64,000 bases of DNA from the human T2T-CHM13v2.0 reference genome, Homo sapiens, in NCBI RefSeq assembly GCF_009914755.1, contig NC_060946.1; one strand, written 5' to 3'. The notes beneath the pieces were generated by a model. The model worked only from the letters and a program-made list of their open reading frames with translations. It did not search any database and had not been told where the DNA came from. The position numbers were made by a program, and so were the translations under genes. Shown here one piece after another: positions 15,419-37,090 of the stretch (position 1 is its first letter; the number at the start of each line of letters is the position of its first letter).

Positions 15419-15651
15419 GTGTGTATCACTCCGCTGAAAAGAATGGAGTATATCAGTGTTACAGTGTCCTTTTGGCATCTCCTGCCCAATTTGATTAGGG
15501 ATAGGTGCAGTTCAGTAGACATTGATTGAGCACTTACTCTTTGTAAGGTACTGTGCTAGACACTGGGCAGGGATAGAAAACTCACATGACTACAGGAGTC
15601 AGCAAAGAATGTAAATAAGTGATGTGTGCCGGGTATAAGAACCTGGGACGA

Positions 15652-16413
<762 letters not shown>

Positions 16414-17368
16414 CCTGATTTTTATATGTCAGAACTAATTCGGGTCTCTTAAAATGCTCTGTGGGGCCAAACAAATTGTGTGCCAGATGTGGCCCTCAAG
16501 TTGCCAGTCCTGTCTGTACCAGGATGCTTCGTTATTGACAAACTCTCACATTGCAACTGGAGTGGAAACGGTGTTAGCCACTAGTCTGTGGGGTTTTCAT
16601 AGTAATGCTCTTGATCACCCTGAGGAACTTGAAAAGAATCAAACTAAGAAGAAATGAAAATAATTCTGGGTAGTAAAGGAAGTAGGTAGTCTTTGATCTA
16701 TGATATTTCTAAATATGAGAATAATTAAAACATAAGTTTCCTGGGGCAGCACTGGTTATATCAGCAGACGACAGCACATTTATAGAGTTGTGAAAGAAAA
16801 GTGGTATAGTTATGGCACCTGGGAAATTGCACCGTGTAGGTAATGTGGACACATCTTCTGTGTTCAGCTCTTAAGTTCTAAATTTTAGGGCAACCACTGT
16901 GCCTCTTTGATCTTTTTATTCCTTGTAACTGTGTTTCACCCAGACCATTTATCTAGATGATGCTAAAATAGCAAAAACAGACAACTTCTCTCCCTGAGGA
17001 CATTTGAATTTATGAGCAAGATGTGTTCATCAGACACATCAGTATCCAGTCTAAATGTTTTCTTAGCGAGATTTTTGCCAGGTTATCCCTAAGGCTCTTT
17101 CAGTCTTCCATGGAAAACAAACTACAACAGATACATGTTTTGTTTTGTTTTTTAAAATAAATAAATAAATAAAAAGGACCCATGTGTGTTCCAGGGACAA
17201 ACACCAGCAGCCTGGACCAATGAGAGTTTGTCTCGTCTTATCCCCAGAAATAGAAATATTAATAGCTTATACCCAGCACCCCCATGAGGATAGTGGGGCA
17301 GGTCACTCTTGGTTCATGGGGGAAACATTGATTCTGGAAATTTTCACTCTGTGTATGCTACTTTTCAG

Positions 17369-17517
17369 GAAGCCTTTCAGATAAAAAATTTGATGTGGAC
17401 AAGCGAGCGATGAATCTCGGGGATTTTAATGATATCATGAGGAAGGATCGATCTGGGTTCCGTCCACCTAATTCCAAAGACATGGGAACCACAGATAGTG
17501 GGCCTTATTTTGAGAAG
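17369..17517 (+). CDS. TNRC6B: TNRC6B coding exon (probable exon 10), 149 nt
   Basis: cttttcag|GA...GAGAAG|gtgagt; encodes [33 protein letters not shown]...PYFEK. Confidence 0.93.
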
Positions 17518-18492
17518 GTGAGTTGAATCCTTTGTTTAAGATAATAATTCATGAGAACCGCTTTGGTTCCCATTTGTCTTTTGATAACTGATTCTAGAGG
17601 AAGCATAGAATTACTGAACTAGATGAGCAAAACACAAACATCACCTGCATTAACGTGGTGACCTGAAAACCATTGATGTCAACAGGTGATCAGGCAAGAG
17701 CAAGAACCATCTGTCTTTAGCATGTGTGTATTAGAAAATCTGAGTTTTGAGAAATTCATGAAGTGTGGAAATTTTAGAGATAAACTTACTCTGCATTCTT
17801 TTTTCCGCTGCTGTGCAGCTACAAAATAAATTTTGGGATTTTGTGCAAATATTCCATGTCTCCTAAGGCCTTGCCTTCTTCTAGTTTTGAGATAACTCTG
17901 TTGTTATCTTTCCCCAGTTCCTAGCGATCTGTGTTTAGTTACAATGGTATACTTTTCAAATTCTCATCTACCTAATTTAACCAAGCAGTTTCTACCTATT
18001 GGTTTTGATGTTTAACATTTCTAATGGTGGGAATTATATCTTGATCCAGAATACCAATTTGCTGTGTTCCTGATCTTCAGAAAGCAGTTAAAACCAAAAT
18101 TTTTAAATCTGGCACGTTTTGACACTGTTGTTGCTGGTCCAGACAGCAACATATTCACAAGATTGGCCTGGCTTCTGTTTCAGCAGCCACATTGCTAGAG
18201 TAATCAATATTAGATGCGTAAAAATAAAGTGTCTGGCAATTTTTATTGTAATGCAATGGACAGAACGTGTTACTAACTTAGAGGAAAAGAAAAATCTATA
18301 TCAAAGAAGATGACAGATGGTGTCTGTTGGGCCAAGTGTAAAGATTATTATCAGATCCAAATTCCATCCTCGGTTATTGCTAATACACTCTAACTTTGTT
18401 TATTGCTAGTGTTTCTCTCTTTTCCCTTCTTGCATTCTGTTGCTTCACTAACCAACACTCGTTGTGATTGGCTAACTCCTACTACTTTTCAG

Positions 18493-18663
18493 CTGACTTT
18501 GCCTTTCTCCAATCAAGATGGGTGCCTTGGGGATGAGGCTCCCTGCTCTCCCTTCTCCCCTTCTCCCAGCTACAAGCTGTCTCCCTCTGGTTCCACACTA
18601 CCCAACGTCAGCCTTGGAGCAATCGGCACAGGGCTCAACCCCCAAAACTTCGCTGCTAGACAA
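18493..18663 (+). CDS. TNRC6B: TNRC6B coding exon (probable exon 11), 171 nt, symmetric phase 0-0 cassette
   Basis: cttttcag|CTG...AGACAA|gtaagg; encodes [10 protein letters not shown]...QNFAARQ. Skipping this and the 159-nt exon removes 110 aa, matching the recalled 1833 vs 1723 aa isoforms. Confidence 0.9.
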
Positions 18664-20391
18664 GTAAGGAGGCCTCTCAAATTTATAACTGCTTGGCTAT
18701 GGCCTCGCCTTGGTCCTGGTCTGCAGTTTATTGCATCATTTGTCTGTCTTGGGAAATTTGTTGATTACTGAATGCACAGAATGATATTAAGTGTAGGTTC
18801 TAGATCTTTCAGCCCATAGAACCCATCTCTCTTCATGTTTTTCAACACGGATTTTATTTTAAACCTGTATTTTTTTTTTTTGTCTTCTCATTTTTGATCA
18901 TAAGTTCATATTTAATAAGTAATAACTGACTAAGGAAAATGTTAAAGAGGCTACGTAAGTACCTTAGACAATCTAACTTAATGCATTTGCCATTTTAAAC
19001 ATTAGATTGGATATGTAATACTTTGGAGATCTTTTCAATTTAATAAACCTGCTAATTTAAAAATAGGAAAACTAGTATGATTAAGTATTTGTGGGTTATG
19101 GCATCTTGAAATCTAGTGTCTTTAAGTGTAAAATATAGTAATTACCCGGAGAAGGGTAACTTTAAATAGTAAACGGTGAAGCTTTGGGAAGAATGGGTAT
19201 TGCTGAGACACAGCAGTGTTTCATTGCACCTGGGGTTGGATCTGGCAACCCTCCAGGGAAGGGCTGTGCAGTAGAAACAAGACAGGCAGGCCTGGGAGGA
19301 TCATGCCTCCTCACCTTGCCAGGCCTGAGGGTGCACAGCATGACCCTGCCTGCCTTCCCACAATAGCTCTGTTGTAGTTTTTGTGGAGAAAACCAGGACT
19401 TTGGAGTCACAATTCCTTTGCAACAATAACCCCAGCAGTGATAGCCATACTTCTGTGACCACTTACTTGTCACTGTGACCTTCACCTCAGGACGTTGTGG
19501 GAGGACGTTAATTATACAACTTGTAATTATTAGTTGCATCCACATGATGCATACATGATGATGTTCTGTCTCCATATGATAACTTCCACATACACGTTAC
19601 AGGGTGATGTGAAGCAATACCTCTGACACCAGTTAAGTTGCACATAGGTCTCTTATATGCTTTCTAATTGCTGCCTTAGCACATTTTAAAAAATGGATTA
19701 TACTATATCCATGTGTTCAGTTGGTTATTTCTGGATTGGGAGTTACAACTGATTTTTTATTTTCTTCCTTTATATTTCATCATTTTCCTTACTGCTTCCA
19801 CAGAGGACATGGATATATACTGTTTATATAAATGGAAGAAATTATTATATTGATGTTTTGGGGGTTCTTTTATTTTGAATCGAGGTATAGAAAACATGAA
19901 ATAGGCATAACATTCACAGTTAATGGTGATTGTAAATGTGGTGGATCACATGATTATCAAATGCTGTTAGTACATAAATTAGTATAGTAGACCAGCCAAA
20001 CTAGCCGAGCATTAGGCTCTAAAAAAAGGTCATTCTTCTTATTTTTTTTGATCTGTAGATTGCTACAAAGTCCATTGTTAACCAGGTTTGTGGACATATT
20101 CTATCTAAATATGGACATGGTTTTTAAAGACTATTTTCTTACAGAATTATTTTAATATACTTCATATTAATAAAATTTAAGATTTCGATTTTCCAAATCA
20201 CAGATTTTGGTTAGCTTGGTAATTTTGTTTTTAATTTGTATGCTTTTTTGAGTTAAACAGTATAGTTGAAGCAAATACCACCAGACTCAGGTAATTGTAA
20301 AAGCCTCTTGTACAACAGTAGAGCTTTAGTAATAGCCACACAAACCTGCATTAGCACATATACAAGTGCCTTTTTTCTCCCGTTTATTTTT

Positions 20392-20831
<440 letters not shown>

Positions 20832-23019
20832 TTTATAAGTTTTTGATTACCCTTTTCCTAATTTCTAAATATTTTTAAAGACCAAATCTGTATGATTGCC
20901 CCTGAATACATCACTGTGCAAAAATAGCTATATTGGGGCCAAGAAAATGAGCAGCTTGTGATGCCCAGCTTCCATATTAAGTTACAGACGAGGCATTTTT
21001 TGATCAACTACTGTGGACTTACCTATATTATTGTCCATTCCAGATATATCATAGTGCTTTGTGTGGCTGTAGGGTCACTTGATAATGAAAAGCCTAAAAC
21101 CTATGGTGGGGGAGGGTGGAAATTGTCTACTGGGAAGAGGAAAGTAGGAATTGATTTTACAGGAGATTAAAAAGTAAATTCTTTTCAATGCTTGTTATTA
21201 AAGGAGAGGTTGAAATTTAGAATGACCCTCAGGAAGCAATTTTGTATTTGCCAAAAAATGGATTCTGGCAGGAACTTTAGTTACCAGTAACCCCACCGTC
21301 CAAGGACCAGTCGTGAATAATTGACATCTAATAACTAAGTCATTACTTTGATGATAAAGTGAGAAAGATCGTAGCAGAATATCCTTGGTGAAATAAATGT
21401 TTCCTGTTTTCTTGGAGGTGATCAGGGTGGCGAAGCTACTGACTACCACGATCTGAGGAAAGTTAGGGCTGTGTGTTGGTAAGACAGCAGCAGCAGAGAT
21501 TTAGAGTTTCTAGAATTAAAGGTCTTCTCATGTTTCAACAACCCTTGGGGAGACATAAAATTCGTGATGAATCTTTGATTTATGAGATACACAGATTTTA
21601 ATTGCCATTTCGACTTTATGTTTAGAATCATTTTTATTTTCAATGCTTTTAAGTTCACTAATTTCCCTACAGCAGTCCCTTAATCTATTTTTTAATCATT
21701 AAGCCATCACAGTATTTTTAGTGTTGTAGGTTTTAATGAAGCCATTACAAAATTCTTTAAAATTACCTTAATCCATGTGATTCCAGGGTTATGATAATGG
21801 TGGTGATTTCAATTCAGGGTATATGTATAATACTCAGTATAAGCAGTGATGCAGCTGTCTTTGCTGAAGGTATTCAGTGGGACATTTTCCGGTGTGTGGA
21901 ATTGGTGGGTCATGGATATTTACAGATGATATATTCATCCTACAGACTGGGGATTTATTGAGTTCTGGGAATACGAAGAGGGAAAGATTTAACAGTAGAA
22001 AGACAGAATGGAAAATAACTATAGTGTGGTTTGATGAGTTTTAAAGCGTTTTGAGATTGGAGAGGTGGGCTCAGTTAATCTGAATGTGAAATCAGGAAGA
22101 TGTTTTGGGGAAGACTTCCTTGATGAGGATGACCTCCAAGCTGGGCCTTGAAGAGGTCAAGTGAAGATGGTATCAGAAAGAACCTCAGGCAGAGAGAACA
22201 CAGTGTTGCATTATTATCAAATATGGTTTCTTCGCTGAAGGACTTTTCTCAGCTAGAAACCAGTCAGAAAGGAAGGGCCACCATATAACCCAACTCTCTT
22301 AGTTATCTCATTGGAATAGTGTAGAAGTGCTCCAGTGAGTTGGGCCTCCAGAAAGGAGGGAGTTCCGCTTATTTTTAACTAGACTGATATGTGTTTGAAT
22401 GAGAAGTTACAGGTGAGTAATGTTTATTTTGGTGTCCCTGTAATGGTTTTTACTTTCTCCCTTTCTTCCTTTTCTATCTCACTGGGTAATTGAGTCACAT
22501 TTCCTCATCTGTCAAAGAAAGGATTGAGCAGATCCAGGACAAGGAAGGGTGCTAGGCTCACTCTTGGACGGCAGAGAAATCACATCATAATGTTTTATAA
22601 ATACAACTGATAACTATTCATAAGGCTGCATTTTTACTCAGGTGCCTTTCAAGATGGAGCTCAGATTATAAAGTTTGAGAATAAATTTGGTAAACCCAAT
22701 CGCAAAGAAGAGTACTTGAAATAAATGTTATGTTGCCTATATCTTTGGTTCACAAAAAAGAATGTAGGACTTTTCCTAATATTTGATGACATTGAACCCT
22801 TTCCGTTTATAGAGTTCTTCAAACTGTACAGGTGCCCATGAGTCAATCTGAGTAATTGCCCCAAGCCTTCTAAGATAAGGAACTTCTCAGTTACAAAATT
22901 CTGTTATTCCATCGAACACAGCCTGTGATTCTTCTGAGGGATCTAAAAGACCAGAACTGTTTCTTACTTGCATTTTCTTATGTTAACAAAAAGCCTTACT
23001 GCTGCTTTTCTGTTTACAG

Positions 23020-23145
23020 GGCGGTAGTCATGGTTTGTTTGGAAACAGCACAGCACAATCGAGAGGTCTGCACACACCCGTGCAGCCACTAAATTCTTCT
23101 CCCAGTCTCCGGGCGCAAGTGCCTCCCCAGTTTATTTCCCCCCAG
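23020..23145 (+). CDS. TNRC6B: TNRC6B coding exon (probable exon 12), 126 nt
   Basis: tgtttacag|GGC...CCCCAG|gtaagc; encodes GGSHGLFG...[14 protein letters not shown]. Confidence 0.95.
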
Positions 23146-23565
23146 GTAAGCAATTTTATGTTCCTGTGATTCAAAATGAAAGACCATTTCACATCATTAC
23201 CAGTTGTTAACTGATTTTTGTGGGCATAAAAAGAATGATAGTAAGTAGCATAAAATATGAAAAAGCCATCTTTTCTTGACCTTTTGGCTAAGATCAAGTA
23301 GAGTAAAATATGAAATATCTAGCTGCCAAAGATGAAGACTTTTAGAACAAAATCTCAAATCTCATTTTTTATTTCATCATGCATACCAACAAAGTAGATA
23401 TTTTTGCATGAAAAGCTTATTATTCTATTCCTTTTAGATCTCCTATTTTTCTAACTATATTTTTTGAAACTGCATATAATTAAAACTGCTTTATAAGTTC
23501 TGATGTGTCAATGTTCAGAGGCTGGTTGCCCTCAAGGATTCACCCAAAGATAAAAAGAGAATTCA

Positions 23566-24683
23566 GCCTGGCACAGTGGCTCATGCCTGTAATCCCAGCA
23601 CTTTGGGAGGCCAAGGTGCTTGAGGCCAGGATCACTTGAGTCCCGGAGTTTGAGACCAGCCTGGCCAACATGGCGAAACCCTGTTTCTGCCAAAAAACAC
23701 AAATTAGCCAGGCATAAAGAACAAAACAAAAATTAGCTGGGCATGGTGGCACATGCCTGTAATCCTAGCTACTCAAGAGGCTGAGACAGTAGAATCGCTT
23801 GTACCCAGGAGGCAGAGGTTACAGTGAACCGAGATGATGCCACTGCACTCCAGCCTGGGTTATAGAGCGAGACTCCATTTCAAAAAAAAAAATAGAAAAT
23901 GAGAATTGCCAGATTCTGGATTATTCTGAAAATGTTGAGGAGCTGTATGCCAACATAGCAATTAGGTGCTCTAGGGGGAGTTTTAGAACTAATGAAGTAG
24001 CAGAGACTCCTGGATTCAACTCTTATTCATGAGCAGCTCTGTGTACGACATAGTCCATTGGATACCATGGGAACCATTTAGGTCTGTCCCTTAGTAGGAG
24101 ATGTGCAAAGAGATGGTGCTTTGTTTTGGGGATAAAGGTGAGAGATTTGTGTTAGTCTACCACATACTTTCCCTGTTCCCCTTTGTGAGAAAGCAGGCGT
24201 GAGGATAGAGTAATAGCTGATAAGCTCATGCAAGGATTCAGTGTGTGGCCTTAGTCCCTCCTTAGAATGTTATTTTAATAAACCAAGCTTTGAGTCTGTT
24301 TCATCCTTAAAAGAAGATGGGAGCGCTTATTAGATCCAACCAGCAGGTTGTAAAGGTTCAGTTTTTGTTGTTTTTGTGTTTTTATTTATTTTTATTTTTT
24401 GGAGGTAGAGTCTCACTCTGTCACCCAGGCTGGAGTGCAGTGGTGTGATCCATAGCTCATGGCAAGCTCAAACTCTTGGGCTCAAGCAGTCCTCCCTCCT
24501 CAGCCTCCAAGTAGCTGGGGACTACAGATGCACACCACCAAGCTTGGCTGGTTTTAAGTATTGTGTAGAGGTGGAGTCATGCTATGTTGCCCAGGCTGGT
24601 CTCAAGCTCCTTGACTCCAGCAGTCCTTCCACCTCAGCCTCCCAAAGCACTGGGATGACAGGCATGAACCACCGTGCCCAGCC
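23566..24683. mobile_element. Sense Alu (23566-23892) and antisense J-like Alu (24380-24683)
   Basis: Recognisable Alu arms and tails. Confidence 0.9.
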
Positions 24684-25801
24684 TGTTTTGTTTTTTGAAA
24701 TGCCCTTTAAGACCAGGGCTTAAAATATTTATTTGAAAAGATCAACTATAGATTTCAAATTCTAGTTTTAATGTTCTGAGTCTGTATCTTTCTTAGTGGG
24801 GGAGGTCAGGTTTCTCCACACCCCTTCCTTGCCTCCCCGTCATCACCACCAACTGCCTCTCCAAGGTCTTGCCTGGGAGTCTGGGACTGTGTCCCCTTGG
24901 CACCTCTCCTCTTCTTTCCCTCTAAGTTCCAGTCATCCTTCAAGCCCCAGGTAGAGGTTTGTCCTTTAGACAGAGCCATTTCTGACTTCCCTGGCACTCT
25001 ACAATGGCAGTGTCTTCTTAAGTCTTGGAGCATACACATACTTTACAGTATCCTTTGGTATCAGGCTGACAGTCATCCATGGTTATCAAATATCTGTAGC
25101 ATGTTAGATAATGTCTTCATCGTGCACAGATGGAGAAAATGCCATCTCTCTCTCTGCAGCCTCTTGGAGTTGGTGGCAGAGGGGTGGGTTGAGGTGAGGA
25201 GGAGGTGATAGCAGAATTCCCAGCAGATAGTGTGATAAATGTATAGAAATGTTTAACAGAGTTTGGGTAATCGGCTGAGCCTTCACACTAGCAGTGACGT
25301 CTGAGTCTTAAAGAATGAGTCAGAATTTTCTGAGCACACCAGATTAAAAGTGCCTTCTAAGCAGCAGGAGCCTCATGTGCAAGGGGCAATAATATCTAGA
25401 AGAACATAGCATTTGGGGGAAAGGCAGTTAGTCTGAATAATTAGTTAGAGCTTGTTGAAACGTACACACAAATGCACACACACTGTCTTAGAATAGAAAA
25501 GAAAGGAACTAGACAAGAAGTATGGGACCAAATTTGGAAAAGGTGTTTGCTTTGCTTAGGATTTGGGACTTGGCCCTATGGGCCAATCCTTTTCAACGTG
25601 GTTTACAACCATTATTTGGGTTGCTACTTAAAGACACAGTTCCCAGGTCTCCACCAATCTTCTGTGACAGGTGGCTTTGGGACTTAGTCACCCCCGTGTG
25701 ATCTTTATGTGCACTTACAGTTTGGCCACTGCTGTAGACAATATACTATTAAAGATTTTTCAGCTGAGTAGTGATGTAGGAAAATTTAAGGTTTAGAAGA
25801 T

Positions 25802-26672
<871 letters not shown>

Positions 26673-26879
26673 AGAGGAAGGGAGGGAGGGAACAAACAAA
26701 CACTGGAAGTAATATAGAGGACATGTTTGAATGGCAGGAGTACTAGAGCAAAAGAGTGCAGTTGCAGGACTAGTACAGGAGTCTAGGTAAGGCAGCGACA
26801 GTGGGAATTAACCTTCTTGTGGAAGTCACCTCTGATCTTTTCCTTGCATAATATGATGATCTGTTCTCTAGTCTCTTCT

Positions 26880-28190
26880 TACTCAGTGTATCAGCAGCAT
26901 TTGACAGAGTTCCCCTCCTTTCTGAAGCACTTCCTGTGTTTGGCGTTTGGACACCTACTACACTGGTTCTCCATCTGCCTCTCCTTCTCCATCTCCTTTA
27001 CGAGTTCCTCCTCAAGTTCTCAATACATATTCAGCAGAATGTCCCAGATCTCAACCTTCGAACCTCTCCTCACCATCTGTAGTCAGTGCCAGGTGATCTT
27101 ACCAAGTGGAATGACTTTAAGCACTGAATTCCAAAATTGTGTCTTCAGCCCACATCATTTTTCCTCAACTCCACAGACTACTCATAGGTTGCCTTACAGG
27201 TTAACATGTTCAAAACACAGCTTCTGATCTCACCCCACACTGCCCTCAAAAACATCCCCTTAACTCCCAGCAAATGGCACTCTCATCCTATAGGAGTTCA
27301 GGCCAAAAACCTTGGAGCTCGTGACCATGTTCATTGCATCAGTAAGACTGCCCTTCAAACCTTTATCCAAAAGCGGATCCTTTTTTACCACTTTCAACAG
27401 CACAGGCCCTGGCCAAGCCACCGCCGTTTCTGTCTAGGTTATTGCAGTGACTTCCTGCCTGTTCCCCACCCTGCCTCGGCTCAACATTTGCCTGTCTCAA
27501 GTCTGAGTCAGACTGATTCTCTGACACCGCACTGTCCAGTGTGATAGCCGTCAGCCACATCAGCCCTTGAAATGTGGCCGCTGGACTGGAAGCACTGAAT
27601 TTTAAATTTTATTTTAATTAACTTAAATAGCCACGTCTGGTTCATAGTCACTGTGCAGACAGCACAGACGTAGAACGTGTCGGCGTTGCAGGAAGTTCTG
27701 CACAGCACTGTGCTAAAACAAAAGGCAGGTTGTGTTACTCTTTCAGCGGGAATCCCCTCATGGCTGGTTCTCTCGCTGAGAATGCAAGGCAAAAGCAAAG
27801 TCTTTACTCTGGTCTTTGAGGTTCCTGGTGATCCCACCTCCCCACAAGTACAGGTCACTGTCCCATACCTTCATGCTGCTCCAGCCAAGTGGCCCCCACA
27901 CACCAAGCATACGCTTAGAACATCCTTCCCAGATGGCAGCATGGCTCAGTCTTTATCTCCTTCAGCTCTCTGCTTCTCTGCCACCTTCCCTAGGAGCTTT
28001 CTCAGGGCAGCTACGTACAGTGTGCAGCCTGCCCTGTCACTCCCCCACCCCCCGACCCGCTTGCTCCTTGTCTTTTCTCCCTCTCTGCCCCGCGCCTAGG
28101 AGTATAATAAGCTTCACAGTGGCAGGGTCTGGGCCTGCTGTGTTCACTGCTGGAGCCTGAGCAGGGCATGTATTTTGAGCTCGGTGACTA
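26880..28190 (+). mobile_element. L2 LINE 3' region
   Basis: Pyrimidine-rich L2-like sequence (caggccaaaaaccttggag; taagcttcacagtggcagggtctgggcctgctgtgttcactgct). Confidence 0.65.
27527..27712. mobile_element. MER3/MER33-like hAT-Charlie DNA transposon remnant nested in L2
   Basis: gcactgtcca...cttgaaatgtggc...ctgaattttaaattttattttaatt...aaatagccac. Confidence 0.7.
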
Positions 28191-28320
28191 TATATCAAGT
28201 CATGGGAAGATGCATATCAGAGTGATTTCAAAAGTGGAATTGTTGGGAAAGTTGCAGTTAACTTTGTGTGAGAGACTTGGGTACTACAGATCTCTTTATG
28301 ACCAAAGTGTCTGCTCTACC
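28059..28320 (+). repeat. Local direct duplication A, copy 1 (partner 31061-31322)
   Basis: Collinear high similarity, e.g. gcagttaactttgtgtgagagacttgggt and cagatctctttatgaccaaagtgtctgctctacc shared exactly. Confidence 0.92.
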
Positions 28321-28444
28321 CAAAAAAGAAAATTACTTGTGTTCCCTCCATTTTTGAATTTTGTTTTATTTATTTAATGCATACTGGGAGCAGAATATTA
28401 AATATTGGATTATTCTGTCTTTTCCCAACATTTCTGTATTTCTA

Positions 28445-29773
<1,329 letters not shown>

Positions 29774-30561
29774 TTACAAATGTTCCGGGCCTTGGGTTTC
29801 TACCATGCCTGTTTCCTCCAGTTACTCAAATACAATATTGAGAAAGTAACATATTCCAGCAGGCTTTTGTCCTGACTTTAAATTGCTGTCATTTTGCACC
29901 TGCAGTGCTTTGTTAAATGCCATATCGATTGCAACAAGATCTTTACTTTCTCCAATCCAGCAGGAGATTGAAGGGCTTTTAAACCAGAATAATTAACTCC
30001 CTGAAATGGAGAATGTGCAGACCTGCACCACCGTGATTCCTCTGCAGCCCAGGCGGGCGTGAGCAGGTGTTTGCCTGGAGCCTAGTGGCGCTTTTCCCTG
30101 GTCCTTCTGTATTCTTTGGAGAGGGGCAGTACATTTGCAATCCTAAGAAAGGAGAAGTTGAGCACGGCTGGGATAGGAATTTCTCAAAAATTACACTTTT
30201 ATTGTCTCTAAAATTGTCAGTTTATGGAACATACGAGCTGGTGGCTTCTAAAGATCACTTTCCTATGCTTTTCTTTATATTCTTTCTGCATGTGTCTCTC
30301 TGTCTTTAAACAATCTGTTGTTTTCATTTTGCCTTTTTTGCACTTAACCCATATAGTATAGAGCCTCCTTCTTTTGTTGTGCTATTTTTACTTGTATTAT
30401 TTCAAATATATTCCCATGTGGATTTGGGCAGCTATGGTTCATATGATATTCCATTATATGACTATACCATAATTTACCTATTCTACTACCAGGTCTACTG
30501 TTCATAGACATTTGGATTGCTTCTAGATGTTTGTTGTTATGAGCAGTGCTGCTATAATATC

Positions 30562-31672
30562 CTTTTCTTTTTTTTTTTTTTTTTTTTTTTTTGAGGCAGA
30601 GTCTCCCTCTGTTGCCCAGGCTGGAATGCAGTGGCGTGATCGCAGCTTACTGCAACTCTGCCCCCGGGTTCAAGCAATTCTCCTGCCTCAGCCTCCTAAG
30701 TAGTTGGAACTACAGCTGCCAGCCACCATGCCTGGCTAATTTTTGTATTTTTAGTAGAGACAGGATTTCACATGTTGGCCAGTCTGGTCTCGAACTCCTG
30801 GCCTCACGTGATCTGCCCACCTTGGCCTCCCAAAATGCTGGAGTTACAGGCATGAGCCACCGTGCCTGGCCTGCTATAATATTCTCATGTTTGTCTCCCA
30901 GGATGAATTTCTCGATGGTACTGCTGGGTCACGGGCAGGTTTTACTTTGGTGGTTTCTTTAGCTAATTTTGAGTAGTAGGAATGCCTGAGGGCGGGGGCG
31001 GAGGGGGGTAGGGGAATGGTGGGGAATAATGGGTTCTTGCCCTGTTACTGTGTCTCCCATGCTTGCTCCTTGTCTGCCCTGCCCCTAGGAGTGTAATAAG
31101 CTTCACAGCAGCAGGGTCTGGGCCTGCTGTGTTCACTGCTGGAGCCTGAGCATCAATAGCTGTGCCGCACATGTATTTTGAGCGCAGTTAATATATATTA
31201 AGTCATGGGAAGATGCATATCAGAATGATTTCAAAGGTAGAATTGTTGGGAAAGTGCAGTTAACTTTGTGTGAGAGACTTGGGTGCTGCAGATCTCTTTA
31301 TGACCAAAGTGTCTGCTCTACCTAGAAAAAAAAAAAAAGGCCAGGCACAGTGGCTCACACTTGTACTTCCAGCACTTTGGGAGGCTGAGACAGGCACTTG
31401 AGCCTAGGAGTTCGAGACAAGCCTGGGCAAAATGGCAAAACCCCATCTCTACAAAAAAAAAAAAAAAAAAAAATACAAAAATTAGCCAGGCATGGTGGTG
31501 CATGCCTGTAGTCTCAGTTATTTGGGAGGCTGAGTTGGGAAAATCACTTGAGCCCAAGAAGCCGAAACTGCAGTGAGCCATGATCGTGCCACTGCACTCC
31601 AGTCTGGACAATAGAGTGAGACCCTGTCTCAAAAAATCAATCAGTCAATCAGTCAATCAATCAATCAATCAA
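30562..31672. mobile_element. Antisense Alu 30562-30871; sense Alu 31339-31636 with (CAAT)n tail to 31672
   Basis: Alu consensus arms; TSD tgctataatat for the first. Confidence 0.9.
31061..31322 (+). repeat. Local direct duplication A, copy 2
   Basis: See 28059-28320. Confidence 0.92.
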
Positions 31673-31677
31673 CCTGA

Positions 31678-31950
31678 GCTCAGTTCTGGAGGCTTTTCAG
31701 TCTGAAATCACCACTGTCTGCCTCCATCATCATCCGATGTTCTCCCGTATGTGTCTCTGTCTTCACATGGCTTTTTCTTCTCTGTCTCAAAATTTCCCTC
31801 TTCATATGAGGACACCAGTTAATGGATTAGGGCCCACCCTAATTCAGTATGACTTCGTCTTAAACTTGAGTGCATCTACAAAGACTCTATTTCCAAATGA
31901 GATCACCTTCTGAGGTTCCCAGTGGGCATGAATTTATGGGCAACACTATG
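31678..31950 (-). mobile_element. MLT1-type (MaLR) LTR fragment
   Basis: cagttctggaggct...aggacaccagt...ggattagggcccaccctaat...ctacaaagactctatttccaaat. Confidence 0.75.
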
Positions 31951-32570
31951 TTACCAAATACAGTCGCTAACTGAGATGAATTTAGGATTCACACTGAAGG
32001 TGGTACATAAGATTTTATGGATCCTTGAGGTATGGTGGGATAAGAATCCGGTTTGGAACATGGTTTCAATAGCACAGAATATATCTATACTCACCCTCCT
32101 TTCCCCCAGACTCAAATTATAGTGAGTTTGAAATTATTATATCAGAGACAGTAAGTTAAGTCACACTGGTGACATTTTGTGTGAATTCAGAGCAGAGATG
32201 AAGAGGAGTTGTTATCTGGGGGAAATTGTGGAGGACGTGTTCCTCATGCTCGCCCTAAAACTGGTGCAGAGGCAGCATGCCCTGTAGTGGTGTGCTCACT
32301 TGGTGCTCACGTGTGCTTGGAGTACACCTATTAAAATAGAAAGTCAAACAGATTTTTAAATTGGTTGGTAACACTCAGCATCTCTTAGAGGATAGAGAGG
32401 AAGCAGCTGGGGGGAACTATTACTTGAAATTAGAGTACTTTCCAAAATGACAGAGTTGATGGGTGGAGTGAAAGTGACAGATCTTGAGAGAAAATGAGCT
32501 GATGAGCCTAGTACAGGAAACCTGAACTTGGTCAAATGTTTATAGACTAGAAGAGTGTCAAAGAAAAGAT

Positions 32571-35890
<3,320 letters not shown>

Positions 35891-35899
35891 TGTGAACAT

Positions 35900-37090
<1,191 letters not shown>

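Noticed and set aside
32277-32294. CTCF-like motif (minus strand CCACTACAGGGCA); also a partial AGGTGGCGCTA at about 59315
   Set aside because: Mismatches in core positions; cannot be supported without ChIP data.
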